NCBI RefSeq assembly: GCF_030144855.1
Contig: NC_082712.1
Location: forward strand, 99,510,001 to 99,574,000
Length of the DNA stretch: 64,000 bases
From: Hypanus sabinus
Lineage: Eukaryota
Reading direction: 5' to 3'
Shown: piece by piece, positions 12,506 to 24,330 of the stretch
Position numbering within the stretch: position 1 is the stretch's first letter
Layout of the letters: each line of letters starts with the position of its first letter
Made by a program: the position numbers and the translations under genes
The notes under the pieces: generated by a model
The model's database searches: none
Seen by the model: only the letters and a program-made list of their open reading frames with translations
Told to the model about the DNA's origin: nothing

Positions 12506-14594
12506 TCAGAATCAGAATCGGAATCAGAATCGTGTTTATTATCACCGGCATGTGTCATGAAATTTGTTAACTTAACAGCAGCAGTTCAATGCAATACATA
12601 ATCTAGCAGAGAGAGAGAAAAAATAAATAAAATAAAACATAATAGATAAACAAGTAAATCAATTATGTATATTGAATAGATTATTAAAAATGTACAAAAA
12701 CAGAAATACTGTATATTAAAAAAAGTGAGGTAGTGTCCGAAACTTCAATGTCCATTCAGGAATCGGATGGCAGAGGGGAAGAAGCTGTTACTGAATCTCT
12801 GAATGTGTGCCTTCAGGCTTCTGTACCTCCTACCTGATGGTAACAGTGAGAAAAGGGCATGCCCTGGGTGCTGGAGTCTTTAATAATGGACGCTGCCTTT
12901 CTGAGACACCGCTCCCTAAAGATGTCCTGGGTATAGGGCCCAAGATAGAGCTGACTAGATTTACAGCCTTCTGCAGCTTCTGTCAGGCCTGTGCAGTAGC
13001 CCCTCCAGACAGTGATGCAGCCTGTCAGAATGCCCTCCACAGTACAACTATAGAAGTTTTTGAGTGTATTTGTTGACATGCCAAATCTCTTCAAACTCCT
13101 AATAAAGTATAGCCGCTGTCTTGCCTTCTTTATGACTACATCAATATGTTGGGGCCAGGTTAGATCCTCAGAGATCTTGACACCCAGGAACTTGAAGCTG
13201 CTCACTCTCTCCACTTCTGATCCCTCTATGAGGATTGGTATGTGTTCCTTCGTCTTACCCTTCCTGAAGTCCACAATCAGCTCTTTTGTCTTACTGACGT
13301 TGAGTGCCAGGTTGTTGCTGCGGCACCATTCCACTAGATGGCATATCTCACTCCTGTACACCGTCTCGTCACCACCTGAGATTCTACCAACAGTGGTTGT
13401 ATCGTCAGTAAATCTGAGGATGGTATTTGAACTATGCCTAGCCACACAGTCATCTATATAGAGAGTAGAGCAGTGGGCTAAGCACACACCCCTGAGGTGC
13501 ACCAGTGTTGATGTCAGCAAAGAGGAGATGTTATCACCAATCTGCACAGACTGTGGTCTTCTGGTTAGGAAGTCAAGGATCCAATTACAGAGGAGAGTAT
13601 GGAGGTCCAGGTTCTGCAATTTCTCAATTAGGATTGTGGGAATGATGGCATTAAATACTGAGCTACAGTCGACAAACAGCATCCTGACGTAGGTGCTTGT
13701 GTTGTCTAGGTGGTCTAAAGCCGTGTGAAGAGCCATGGAGATTGCTTCTGCCGTTGACCTATTGTGACGATAGACAAATAGTTATGGGTCCAGTTCCTTG
13801 CTGAAACAGGAGTTCAGTCTAGTCATAACCAACCTCTCAAAGCATTTCATCACTGTCAATGTGAGTGCTACAAGGCGATAGTCGTTAAGCAGCCCACATT
13901 ATTCTTCTTTGGCACCAGTATAATTGTTGCCTTTTTGAAGCAAGTGGGAATTTCTGCCCGTAGCAGTGAGAGGTTGAAAATGTCCTTGGCACAGGTTTTC
14001 AGAGCCTTACCAGGTACTCCATCGGGACCTTCAGCCTTGCGAGGGTTCACTCTCTTTAAAGACAGTCTAACATCGGACTCTGAGACAGATCACAGGGTCA
14101 TCAGGTGCAGCAGGAATCTTCACAGCTGTAGTTGTGTTCTCCCTTTCAAAGCAGGCATAGAAGGCGTTGAGTTCATCTGGTAGTGAAACATCGCTGCCAT
14201 TCATGCTATTGGGTTTCACTTTGTGGGAAGTAATGCCAGATGCCAGAGTTGCCGTGCATCTGTTATCGCCTCCAACCTCGTTCAAAATTGTCCCGTCGTC
14301 CTTGAAATAGCCCCCCCCCACCCCCCCACAAATCATACCTGGTTTTCTGGTACAGGCCTGGGTTGCCGGACTTGAATACGACAGATCTAGCCCTCAGCAG
14401 ACAACGTACCTCCTGGTTCATCCACGGCTTTTGGTTTGGGAATGTACAGTAAGTCTTTGTCGGCACACACTCATCCACACAGGTTTTAATGAAGTCAGTA
14501 ACAACTGCAGCAAACTTATCCAGGTTCAAAGATGAATCCCTGCATAAAGTCCACTCCACCGATTCGAAGCAGTCCTGTAGGTGCACCTGTGCTT
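12506..14594 (-). mobile_element. Rex1/Babar LINE, 5'-truncated, with (ATTCTG)n-type 3' tail, inserted in CR1
   Basis: [42 protein letters not shown]; tail atcagaatcagaatcggaatcagaatc; CCTCA on both flanks (12501-12505, 14595-14599). Confidence 0.9.
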
Positions 14595-14599
14595 CCTCA

Positions 14600-14870
14600 C
14601 GTGTGGCACCTTGTCAAAGGCCTTCGGAAAGTCCAAGTAAATGACACCCCCTCCTTTGTTCACCCTGCTTGTTACTTCCTCGAAGAACTCTGACAGATTT
14701 GTCAGGCAAGATTTCCCTTTACAGAAGCCATGCTGACTTTGAATTATTTTATCATTAGTCTCCAAATACCCTAAAACCTCATCCTTAATAATAAACTCTA
14801 ACATTTTCCCAACCATTAAGGCTAGGCTAACTGGCCTATAATTTTCTCCTTTTTGCCTTCCTCCCTTCTT
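14600..14870 (-). mobile_element. CR1 LINE RT fragment (host element, piece 2)
   Basis: NYRPVSL, SQHGFCKGKSCLTNL, YLDFPKAFDKVPH. Confidence 0.88.
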
Positions 14871-17800
14871 GAATTGTATTGAATTTCGCTTTATTGTCAT
14901 TTAGAAACCACAACTGCAATGCAGTTAAAAAATGAAACAACGTTCCTCCAGAATGATATCACAAAAGCACGTGACAAAACAGACTACACCAGAAAATCCA
15001 CATAACTTTTGGCAATCCCCAAATCCAGAGTCCAGAGAGGCTGCTATCATGCTACCATCTTAGCATGTAGCCCGGAAAGGAGCTACAAACCCACCAGACA
15101 AAACAAGACTACCCAGACACACCAAGTCAGGAGACCAACTCTACCACCCAACAAACCAAAAACTAAAGTTACAAGACCTACACAAAACCACATAGTTACA
15201 ACATATAGTTACAACAGTGCAAACAATACCATAATTGATTAAAAAAAAAGACCATGGGCACGATAAAAATAGTCCAAAGATGTTAAAAGACTATAAGTTC
15301 GAGAGAAATAACCACACAGTTTCCACAAGTCCTCAGGGTCCGGATAGACTCATCATCCCACGCAGGCGGCAGAAGGGAATACCCCCACTATGGACTTCCA
15401 CGGCACCGCCCGACTCAGCCTCGCAGACGCAGCACACGGTGAAAGCTCCGTCGGACTCAGCCTCGCTGACGCAGCACACGGTGAAAGCTCCGTCAGACTC
15501 AGCCTCGCTGACGCAGCACACGGTGAAAGCTCCGTCAGACTCAGCCTCGCTGACGCAGCACACGGTGAAAGCTCCGTCAGACTCAGCCTCGCTGACGCAG
15601 CACACAATGTAAGCTCCGTCAGACCCAGCCTCGCTGACGCAGCACACGGTGAAAGCTCCGTCAGACCCAGCCTCGCTGACGCAGCACACGGTGAAAGCTC
15701 CGTCAGACTCAGCCTCGCTGACGCAGCACACGGTGAAAGCTCCGTCAGACCCAGCCTCGCAGACGCAGCACACGGTGAAAGCTCCGTCAGACTCAGCCTC
15801 GCAGACGCAGCACACGGTGAAAGCTCCGTCGGACTCAGCCTCGCTGACGCAGCACACGGTGAAAGCTCCGTCGGACCCAGCCTCGCTGACGCAGCACACG
15901 GTGAAAGCTCCGTCAGACTCAGCCTCGCAGACGCAGCACACGGTGAAAGCTCCGTCGGACTCAGCCTCGCTGACGCAGCACACGGTGAAAGCTCCGTCGG
16001 ACCCAGCCTCGCTGACGCAGCACACGGTGAAAGCTCCGTCGGACCCAGCCTCGCTGACGCAGCACACGGTGAAAGCTCCGTCGGACCCAGCCTCGCTGAC
16101 GCAGCACACGGTGAAAGCTCCGTCGGACCCAGCCTCGCTGACGCAGCACACGGTGAAAGCTCCGTCAAACTCAGCCTCGCAGACGCAGCACACGGTGAAA
16201 GCTCCGTCAGACCCAGCCTCGCAGACGCAGCACACGGTGAAAGCTCCGTCGGACCCAGCCTCGCTGACGCAGCACACGGTGAAAGCTCCGTCAGACTCAG
16301 CCTCGCTGACGCAGCACACGGTGAAAGCTCCGTCGGACCCAGCCTCGCTGACGCAGCACACGGTGAAAGCTCCGTCAGACTCAGCCTCGCTGACGCAGCA
16401 CACGGTGAAAGCTCCGTCGGACCCAGCCTCGCTGACGCAGCACACGGTGAAAGCTCCGTCAGACTCAGCCTCGCTGACGCAGCACACAATGTAAGCTCCG
16501 TCAGACCCAGCCTCGCTGACGCAGCACACGGTGAAAGCTCCGTCAGACCCAGCCTCGCTGACGCAGCACACGGTGAAAGCTCCGTCAGACCCAGCCTCGC
16601 TGACGCAGCACACGGTGAAAGCTCCGTCAGACCCAGCCTCGCAGACGCAGCACACGGTGAAAGCTCCGTCAGACTCAGCCTCGCAGACGCAGCACACGGT
16701 GAAAGCTCCGTCGGACTCAGCCTCGCTGACGCAGCACACGGTGAAAGCTCCGTCGGACCCAGCCTCGCTGACGCAGCACACGGTGAAAGCTCCGTCGGAC
16801 CCAGCCTCGCTGACGCAGCACACGGTGAAAGCTCCGTCGGACCCAGCCTCGCTGACGCAGCACACGGTGAAAGCTCCGTCGGACCCAGCCTCGCTGACGC
16901 AGCACACGGTGAAAGCTCCGTCAAACTCAGCCTCGCAGACGCAGCACACGGTGAAAGCTCCGTCAGACCCAGCCTCGCAGACGCAGCACACGGTGAAAGC
17001 TCCGTCGGACCCAGCCTCGCTGACGCAGCACACGGTGAAAGCTCCGTCAGACTCAGCCTCGCTGACGCAGCACACGGTGAAAGCTCCGTCGGACCCAGCC
17101 TCGCTGACGCAGCACACGGTGAAAGCTCCGTCAGACTCAGCCTCGCTGACGCAGCACACGGTGAAAGCTCCGTCGGACCCAGCCTCGCTGACGCAGCACA
17201 CGGTGAAAGCTCCGTCAGACTCAGCCTCGCTGACGCAGCACACGGTGAAAGCTCCGTCGGACCCAGCCTCGCTGACGCAGCACACGGTGAAAGCTCCGTC
17301 AGACCCAGCCTCGCTGACGCAGCACACGGTGAAAGCTCCGTCGGACACAGCCTCGCTGACGCAGCACACGGTGAAAGCTCCGTCAGACTCAGCCTCGCTG
17401 ACGCAGCACACGGTGAAAGCTCCGTCGGACCCAGCCTCGCTGACGCAGCACACGGTGAAAGCTCCGTCAAACTCAGCCTCGCAGACGCAGCACACGGTGA
17501 AAGCTCCGTCAGACTCAGCCTCACAGACGCAGCACACGGTGAAAGCTCCGTCAGACTCAGCCTCGCTGACGCAGCACACGGTGAAAGCTCCGTCGGACTC
17601 AGCCTCACAGACGCAGCACACGGTGAAAGCTCCGTCGGACCCAGCCTCGCAGACGCAGCACACGGTGAAAGCTCCGTCGGACCCAGCCTCGCAGACGCAG
17701 CACACGGTGAAAGCTCCGTCAGACCCAGCCTCACAGACGCAGCACACGGTGAAAGCTCCGTCAGACCCAGCCTCGCAGACGCAGCACACGGTGAAAGCTC

Positions 17801-18300
17801 CGTCAGACTCAGCCTCGCTGACGCAGCACACGGTGAAAGCTCCGTCGGACCCAGCCTCGCTGACGCAGCACACGGTGAAAGCTCCGTCAGACTCAGCCTC
17901 ACAGACGCAGCACACGGTGAAAGCACCCGACTGCAGCGGACTCCGAGTCCGTCGAACCTCCGAGCCTCCGACCATCCCCTCCAGCACAGCCTCTCTGAGC
18001 ACCATCCTCTGCAGAGCGCACTACGACGCCCCCACCAATGGCCACCGGCAACGCGACCCTGAGGACTGGGGGCCTGTTCTTCCCAGCAGAGACCCAGACC
18101 TCACAGCAGCAGCAGCAACGAAGAGGGCCTTCCTGGAGATTTCCAGATGTTCCTCCATGCTCCCACATCCGTTTTTCATCAGATCAGGATTGTGCACGGC
18201 ACCCCGCTTAACAAGTAACAGACATCAACTCCAGAGAGGCCACTGCAAACTGCGTCGCGCCGTCATCTTGAGGCCTAATATATCTTAAAGCCTAATATAA
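14871..18300 (-). mobile_element. Non-autonomous retroelement-like insertion carrying an internal minisatellite
   Basis: Interrupts CR1 between ctcccttctt and aaagagtggagtgac. On the - strand it starts near CAAGATGACGGCGCG and ends aaatgacaataaa plus a short tail. No coding motifs seen. Confidence 0.6.
15412..17923. repeat. 42-bp CpG-rich minisatellite, about 60 copies
   Basis: Unit GTGAAAGCTCCGTC(A/G)GAC(C/T)CAGCCTCGC(T/A)GACGCAGCACACG. Confidence 0.98.
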
Positions 18301-19385
18301 TCTTAAAGAGTGGAGTGACATTTGCAATCTTCCAGCCCTCCAGAACCATGCCAGAATCAAATGATTATTGAAAGATCATGTTATCTCTTCAGCAAACTCT
18401 CTCAGGACTCTGGGATGTAATCCATCTGGTCCAGGTAACTTATCCATCTTTAGACCTTAAGGTTTGCCTAGCATTTTTTCCTTTGTGATAACAATGGCAC
18501 TCAGTCCTGCTCCCTAACACTCATGGACCCCTGGCATACTGCTAGTGTCTTCCATAGTGAAGACTGATACAAAGTACTCATTAAGTTCAGCTGTTATTTC
18601 TTTGTCCCCCATTACTATCTCACCAGCATCATTTGCCAGTGGTCCAATATCAACTCTCAGCTCCCTTTTATTCTTTATATAACTGATAAAAAGTGTTTGG
18701 TACCCGGCTTTATATTATTGGCTAGTTTGTCCTCGTATTTCACCTTTTCTCTTCTCTTAGCTCTTTTAATTGCCTTTTGTTGGATTTTAAAAGCTTTCCA
18801 ATCATCCAACTTCTCACTCACTTTTGCTACCTGATATGCCCTTGCCAGCCACGGTTGCCTACCCCTGCCATTTGAGAACAACTTCTTCTGAGGGACATAT
18901 CTATCCTGCGCCTTGTGAACTATTCCCAGAAACTTCAGCTCCCGTCATCCCTGTCAGTATCCCCCTCCGATCCACCGGGCAATCTCCTCTCTCACGCCTC
19001 TGTAATTCCCTTTATTCCATTGCGATTCTGATACTTGTGATTTGTGCTTCTCCCTCTCAAACTGCAGTCTGAATTCAATCATATTGTGATCACTGTCTCC
19101 AAAGGCTTCCTTTATTTTAAGTTCCCTAATAAGATCTGGGTTATTACACAACACCCAATCTAAGACAGCCTTTCCCTGAGCAGGCTCAAGCACAAGCTGC
19201 TCTAAAAACCCATCTTGTAGGCATTCAACAAATTCCCTCTCTTGCGATCTGATACTAACCTAATTTTCCCAATCCCCTTGCATATTGAAGTCCCCCATAA
19301 CAATTGTGTAATTACCCTTATTTCATGCTTTTTCCAGCTCCCTTTGCAATCTGAACCCCACATCTTGGCTACTATTTGGAGGCCT
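18301..19385 (-). mobile_element. CR1 LINE endonuclease/linker fragment (host element, piece 1)
   Basis: RPPNSSQDVG, LDWVLCN, GDSDHNMIEF, QPWL motifs in broken frames. Confidence 0.85.
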
Positions 19386-21940
19386 AAGTTAGAGGACTGG
19401 GAAGCTTTTAAAACCAATAGAAGGCAACTAAAGAGTTATTAAGAAGGAAAAGATGGAATACAATGGTAAGATAGCCAACAAAATTAAAAAGGTAACCAAA
19501 AGTTTCTTCATATATATATGAGGAAACTTTGGGTAAAAGTGTAAAAGAGAGGTGAGTGTAGCTATTGGACTGCTTGAAGATGATGCTGAAGAAGTAGTAA
19601 TGGGGGACAAGGAAATGGCAAATGAACTGAAATGGTATTCAGCGTCAGTCTTCACTGTGGAAGACACTCGCAGTATGCCAGAAGTTCAAGAGTGTCAGTG
19701 ACCAGAAGTGAGTGAAGTTGCCATTACTAAGGAAAAGGTGCTTGGGAATCTGAAAGGTCTGAAGGTAGATAAGTCACTTGGACCAGATGGTGTACACTCC
19801 AGGATTATGAAGGAGCTAGCTAAAGTGATTCGTAATGACCTTTCAAGAATCAGTGGTTTCTGGCATGGTTCTGGAGGACTTGAAAATTCAAGAACAGAGA
19901 GGGTCAGAAGAAAGTTACAGGTCAGTTAGTTGGGAGGATGTTGGAGCCAATTGTAAAAGAGGTGGTATAAGGGTTCTTGGAGGCACAGTTTCCTTATGGG
20001 AAAATCTTTGAAGAAATAACAAGCATGATAGACAAGGGAGAATTGGTGGATATTGGATTTTCAGAAAGCCTTTGATAAAGTGCCACATATGAAGAGCCCA
20101 TGGAATTACAGGAGAGACTCTAGCATGGATAAAGTAGTGGCTGATTAGCAGGAAGCAAAGAGTGGGAAGAAAGGGAGCCTTTTCTGGTTGGCTGCAAGTG
20201 ACTAGTGGTGTTCCACAGGTGTGTGTGTTGGGACCGCTTCTTTTTACATTATATGTCAATGTTTTGGATGACGGAATTGAAGGCTTAGTGGCCACGTTTG
20301 TGGATGATACAAAGGTATGTGGAGGGGCAGGTAGTTTTGTGGAAGCAGGTATTCTGCAGAAGGACTTCAATAGATTAGGTGAAAGGGCAAAGAAAGGGGA
20401 AATGGAATACCATGTGTGGTCATGAACTTTGATATAAGAAATAAAAGTATAGACTATTTTCTAAATATAGAGAAAATTCAAAAACCTGAGGAGCAAAGGG
20501 ACTTGGTGAGCAGGATGCCCTGAAGGTTTACTTGCAGGTTGAGTCAAAGGTGAGGAAAGTAAATGTGATGTTAGCATTCATTTCAAGAGGACTAGAGTAT
20601 AAAAGCAAGGATTAATATTGAGGCTTCGTAAGACACTGGTGAGGCCACATTTGGAGTATTGTGAGCAGTTTGGGGCCCTTATCTAAGAAAGGATGACCTG
20701 ACGTTGAAGAGGGTTCAAAGGGGATTCACAAAAATGATTCCAGGATTGAAAGGCTTATGATATGAGAAAAGTTGATGGCCTGTACTCACCGGAATTCAGA
20801 AAAATGAGGGGAATCTCATTGAAACTTATCAAATGCTGAAAGGCCTCAACAGAGTGGACGTGGAGAGGATGTTAGGGGAGTCTAAGACTAGAGGACGCAT
20901 CCTCAAAATAGAGGGCCATCCATTTAGAATGGAGACGAAGAGGAATTTAGTTAACCGGAGGGTGTGAATCTGTGGAATTGGTCATGTTACGGCCGTAGCC
21001 CCCTCCTTTGTGAGAATTGCAAGATCACTGTTGGGTTGGGTCAAGGGGCCCAGGAAATGGAAAAAGAGACGTGCAGGCTGGCTCATTTCCCCGGCGATGT
21101 AAAGCTACAGGACATGGCCATTGTCTCTTGGAGACCAATTTATGGATTGAGCTGCTATACTACGTGAACGCCCTCAGGCAAAGTGGGCTGGTTGAGGGAG
21201 AGAGTGCACACCCCCAACCTGATTGACATCTACGACCCTGCGAGTCAGGATAAAAGAGGGTCTGTAGGAACAGTCCCTCAGACGCACCAGAAGAAACGTT
21301 AAGCGACCACGTAACAACAGGAAGTCATCTGAAGGAGGCCACGTGCGTTCGATTCCATGGCTGGAACCACAGAAAACAGCTTTTAGCTAACAACGGGGGA
21401 ATCCGCTCCCCTGACCCAACGGACTGGCATCATAAAAGACCTGGGGCAAGTTTAAACCGTGTCACTTTTAAACCCAACAACACTGCAGCTTGAGCGAACT
21501 GATAGTGACTGTTATCTTTCCATCAGACAATACATTATCCCCTAGACAACGATAGAGCTATTTCTTATTGGTTATTATTATACCCGCGCTTTAGATTTAG
21601 TATTGATGACGTATATTATCTGTATGTTTGCATTAATCTTATTTTTGTGCCCTTTATCAATAAATACTTTTAAAAATAGTACCATCAGACTTCAACAGAC
21701 CTCTCTATCTTTGCTGGTAAGTGATCCAGTTACGGGATTTCATAACAGTCATCACAGTGGTTCTGGAGGCCAAGTCATTGGGTATATTTAAGGCAGAGGT
21801 TGGACGATCCTTGATTGGTCAGGGCATGAAAGAACATGGGGAGAAGGCAGGAGACTGGAGGAGAGGGAAATGGATCAGCCATGATGAAATGGTGGAGCAG
21901 ACTCAATGGACCAAATTGTCCAATTCTGCCCCTGTATTAT
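19386..21940 (+). mobile_element. CR1 LINE ORF2 to 3' end, degenerate, interrupted by a solo LTR
   Basis: KSLGPDGVHSR, LDFQKAFDK, SGVPQ.VLGPLLF, FVDDTK, VRPHLEYC; sequence resumes after 21751. Confidence 0.85.
20985..21747 (+). mobile_element. Solo LTR (Gypsy-like), 763 bp
   Basis: TGTTA...TAACA termini, exact 4-bp TSD GTCA (20981-20984, 21748-21751), internal GATAAAA and AATAAA giving the probable orientation. Confidence 0.88.
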
Positions 21941-22036
21941 GGTGGTGTTACATTAACTCTAATAATGTTATTTCTTATAAATTTTAACAGCACACTGTGT
22001 CTCATTTTTTGTGGATACCTCTTGCCACTAAATCAG

Positions 22037-24330
22037 TAAGAATCAGGGATAAGATGTGAGAGAATAGGACCAATCAAGTGTGATAGTGGAGAAGTGTGTA
22101 TGGAACCAGAGGAGATAGCAGGGGTACTTAATGAATACTTCAGTATTCACTACAGAAAAAGGATCTTGGCAATTGTAGGGATGACTTACAGCAGGCTGAA
22201 AAGCTTGAGCATGTAGATATTAAGGAAGAGGATGTGGTGGAGCTTTTGAAAAGCATCAAGTTGGATAAGTTACCGGGACCAGGCGAGATGTACCCCAGGT
22301 TACTGTGGGAGGTGAGGGAGGAGATTGTTGAGCCTCTGGCAATGATCTTTGCATCATTAATGGGGACGGGAGAGGTTCCAGAGGATTGGAGGGTTGTGGA
22401 TGTTGTTCGCTTATTCAAGAAAGGGAGTAGCGATAGCCCAGGAAATTATAGACCAGTGAATCTTTCTTCAGTGGTTGGTAAGATGATGAAAAAGATCCTG
22501 AGAGGCAGGATTTATCAACATTTGGAGAGGCATAATATGATTATGCCTCAAGACAATATGGAGGGACAGCAACATCACCATGAAGTACAAGATCAGACTC
22601 CTGCGTGCATTGGTATTCTCCATCTTCCTGTACGCGTGCGAGACATGGACTCTCACAGCAGAGCTACAGAGGAAAATACAGGCATTGGAAATGAGATGCT
22701 ATTGTAACATCTTGGGCATCTCATACTTGGACCACATCACAAACGAGCAAGTCCACAAGACCATCCAGCAGCACATTGGCCCCTGTGAAGACCTTCTCAC
22801 AACGGTGAAGAAAAGAAAGCTGAGATGGTACGGTCACGAAACACGATCCAGTGGTCTTGCAAAGACCGTTCTTCAAGGAACTGTGGAGGGGAAAAGAAGG
22901 AGAGGCAGACAGAGGAAAAGATGGACGGACAACATTAAAGAATGGACAGAGAAAACATTTTTGCAGTGACCCAGGCTCTGGCACACAGCCATGACAGATG
23001 GAACAGACCGGTGCAAAGCTTGTCATGACGGTGCCCTGATGACTCCACCAGGAGTTAAGGGCGCAGGGCAAGGCGAGGCAATATGATTAGGAATAACCAG
23101 CATGGTTTGTCAAGGGCAGGTTGTGCCTTACAAGCCTGACTGAATTTTTTGAGGATGTGACTAAACACATTGATGTAGGTAGAGCAGTAGATGTAGTGTA
23201 TATGGATTTCAGCAAGGCATTTGACAAGGTACCCCATGCAAGGCTTATTGAGAAAGTAAGGAGGCATGGAATACAAGGGGACATTGCTTTGTGGATCCAG
23301 AACTGGCTTGCCCACAGAAGGCAAAGAGTGGTTGTAGACAGGTCATATTCTGCATGGAGGTTGGTGACCAGTGGTGTACCTCAGGGATCTATTCAGGGAT
23401 CCCTTCTCCTTATGATTTTTATAAATGACCTGGATGAGAAAGTGGAGGGATGAGTTAGTAAACTTGCTGCTGACACAAAGGTTGGGGGTGTTGTGGATAG
23501 TGTAGAGGCCTGTCAGAGGTTACAGCGGGACATCGATCGGATGCAAAACTGGGCTGAGAAATGGCAGATGGAGCTCAACCCAGTTAAGTGTTCATTTTGG
23601 TAGGTCAAATATGATGGCAGAATATAGTATTAATGGTAAGACTTGGCAGTGTGGAGAATCAGAGGGATCTTGGGATCCGAGTCCATAAGACGCTCAAAGG
23701 CATATGGTGTATTGGCCTTCATTAAACATGGGATTGAGTTTAAGAGCTGAGAGGTAATGTTACAACTATATAGGCCCCTGGTCAGACCCCACCTGGAGTA
23801 CTGTGTTCAATTCTGGTCACTTTACTACAGGAGGTATGTGGATACTTTAGAGAGAGTGCAGAGGAGATTTACAAGGATGTTGCCTGGATTGGGGAGCATG
23901 CCTTATGAGAATAGTTTGAGTGAATTCAGCCTTTTCTCCTCAGAGCAACGGAGGATGACAGGTGACCTGACAGAGGTGTATAAGATGATGAAAGGCATTC
24001 ATCATGTGTATAGTCAGAGGCTTTTTCCCAGGGCTGAACTGGCTAATGTGAGAGGGCACAGTTTTAAGGTTCTTTGAAGTAGGCACAGAGGAGATGTCAG
24101 GGGAAGTTTTTTTCTTGCAGAGTGGTAAATGCGTGGGATGGGCTGCTGGTGACGGTGGTGGAGGTGGATACAATAGGGTCATTTAAGAGACTCTTGGATA
24201 GGTACATGGAGCTTAGAAAAATAGAGGGCTATGGGTAACCCTGGGTAATTTCTAAAGTAAGTACATGTACTGCACAGCATTGTGGGCCAAAGGGCCTGTA
24301 TTGTGCTGTAGATTTTCTATGCTTTTCTAA
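22037..24330 (+). mobile_element. CR1 (HER1-like) LINE ORF2 3' half and 3' UTR
   Basis: PGPGEMYPRLL, GNYRPVNL, YMDFSKAFDKVPH, SGVPQGS, VRPHLEYCVQFWS; 3' end gggcctgtattgtgctgtag. Confidence 0.92.
22544..23079 (+). mobile_element. RTE-clade LINE 3' fragment inserted in CR1
   Basis: FLYACETWTL...EMRCY...KRKLRWYGH...GKRRRGRQRKRW; exact 10-bp TSD AATATGATTA (22534-22543, 23080-23089). Confidence 0.92.

Noticed and set aside
15333-18288. 585-890 aa ORFs on both strands, including a Cys-rich one
   Set aside because: A 42-bp unit is a multiple of 3 and open in most frames; it lies inside a transposon insertion with no exon context.
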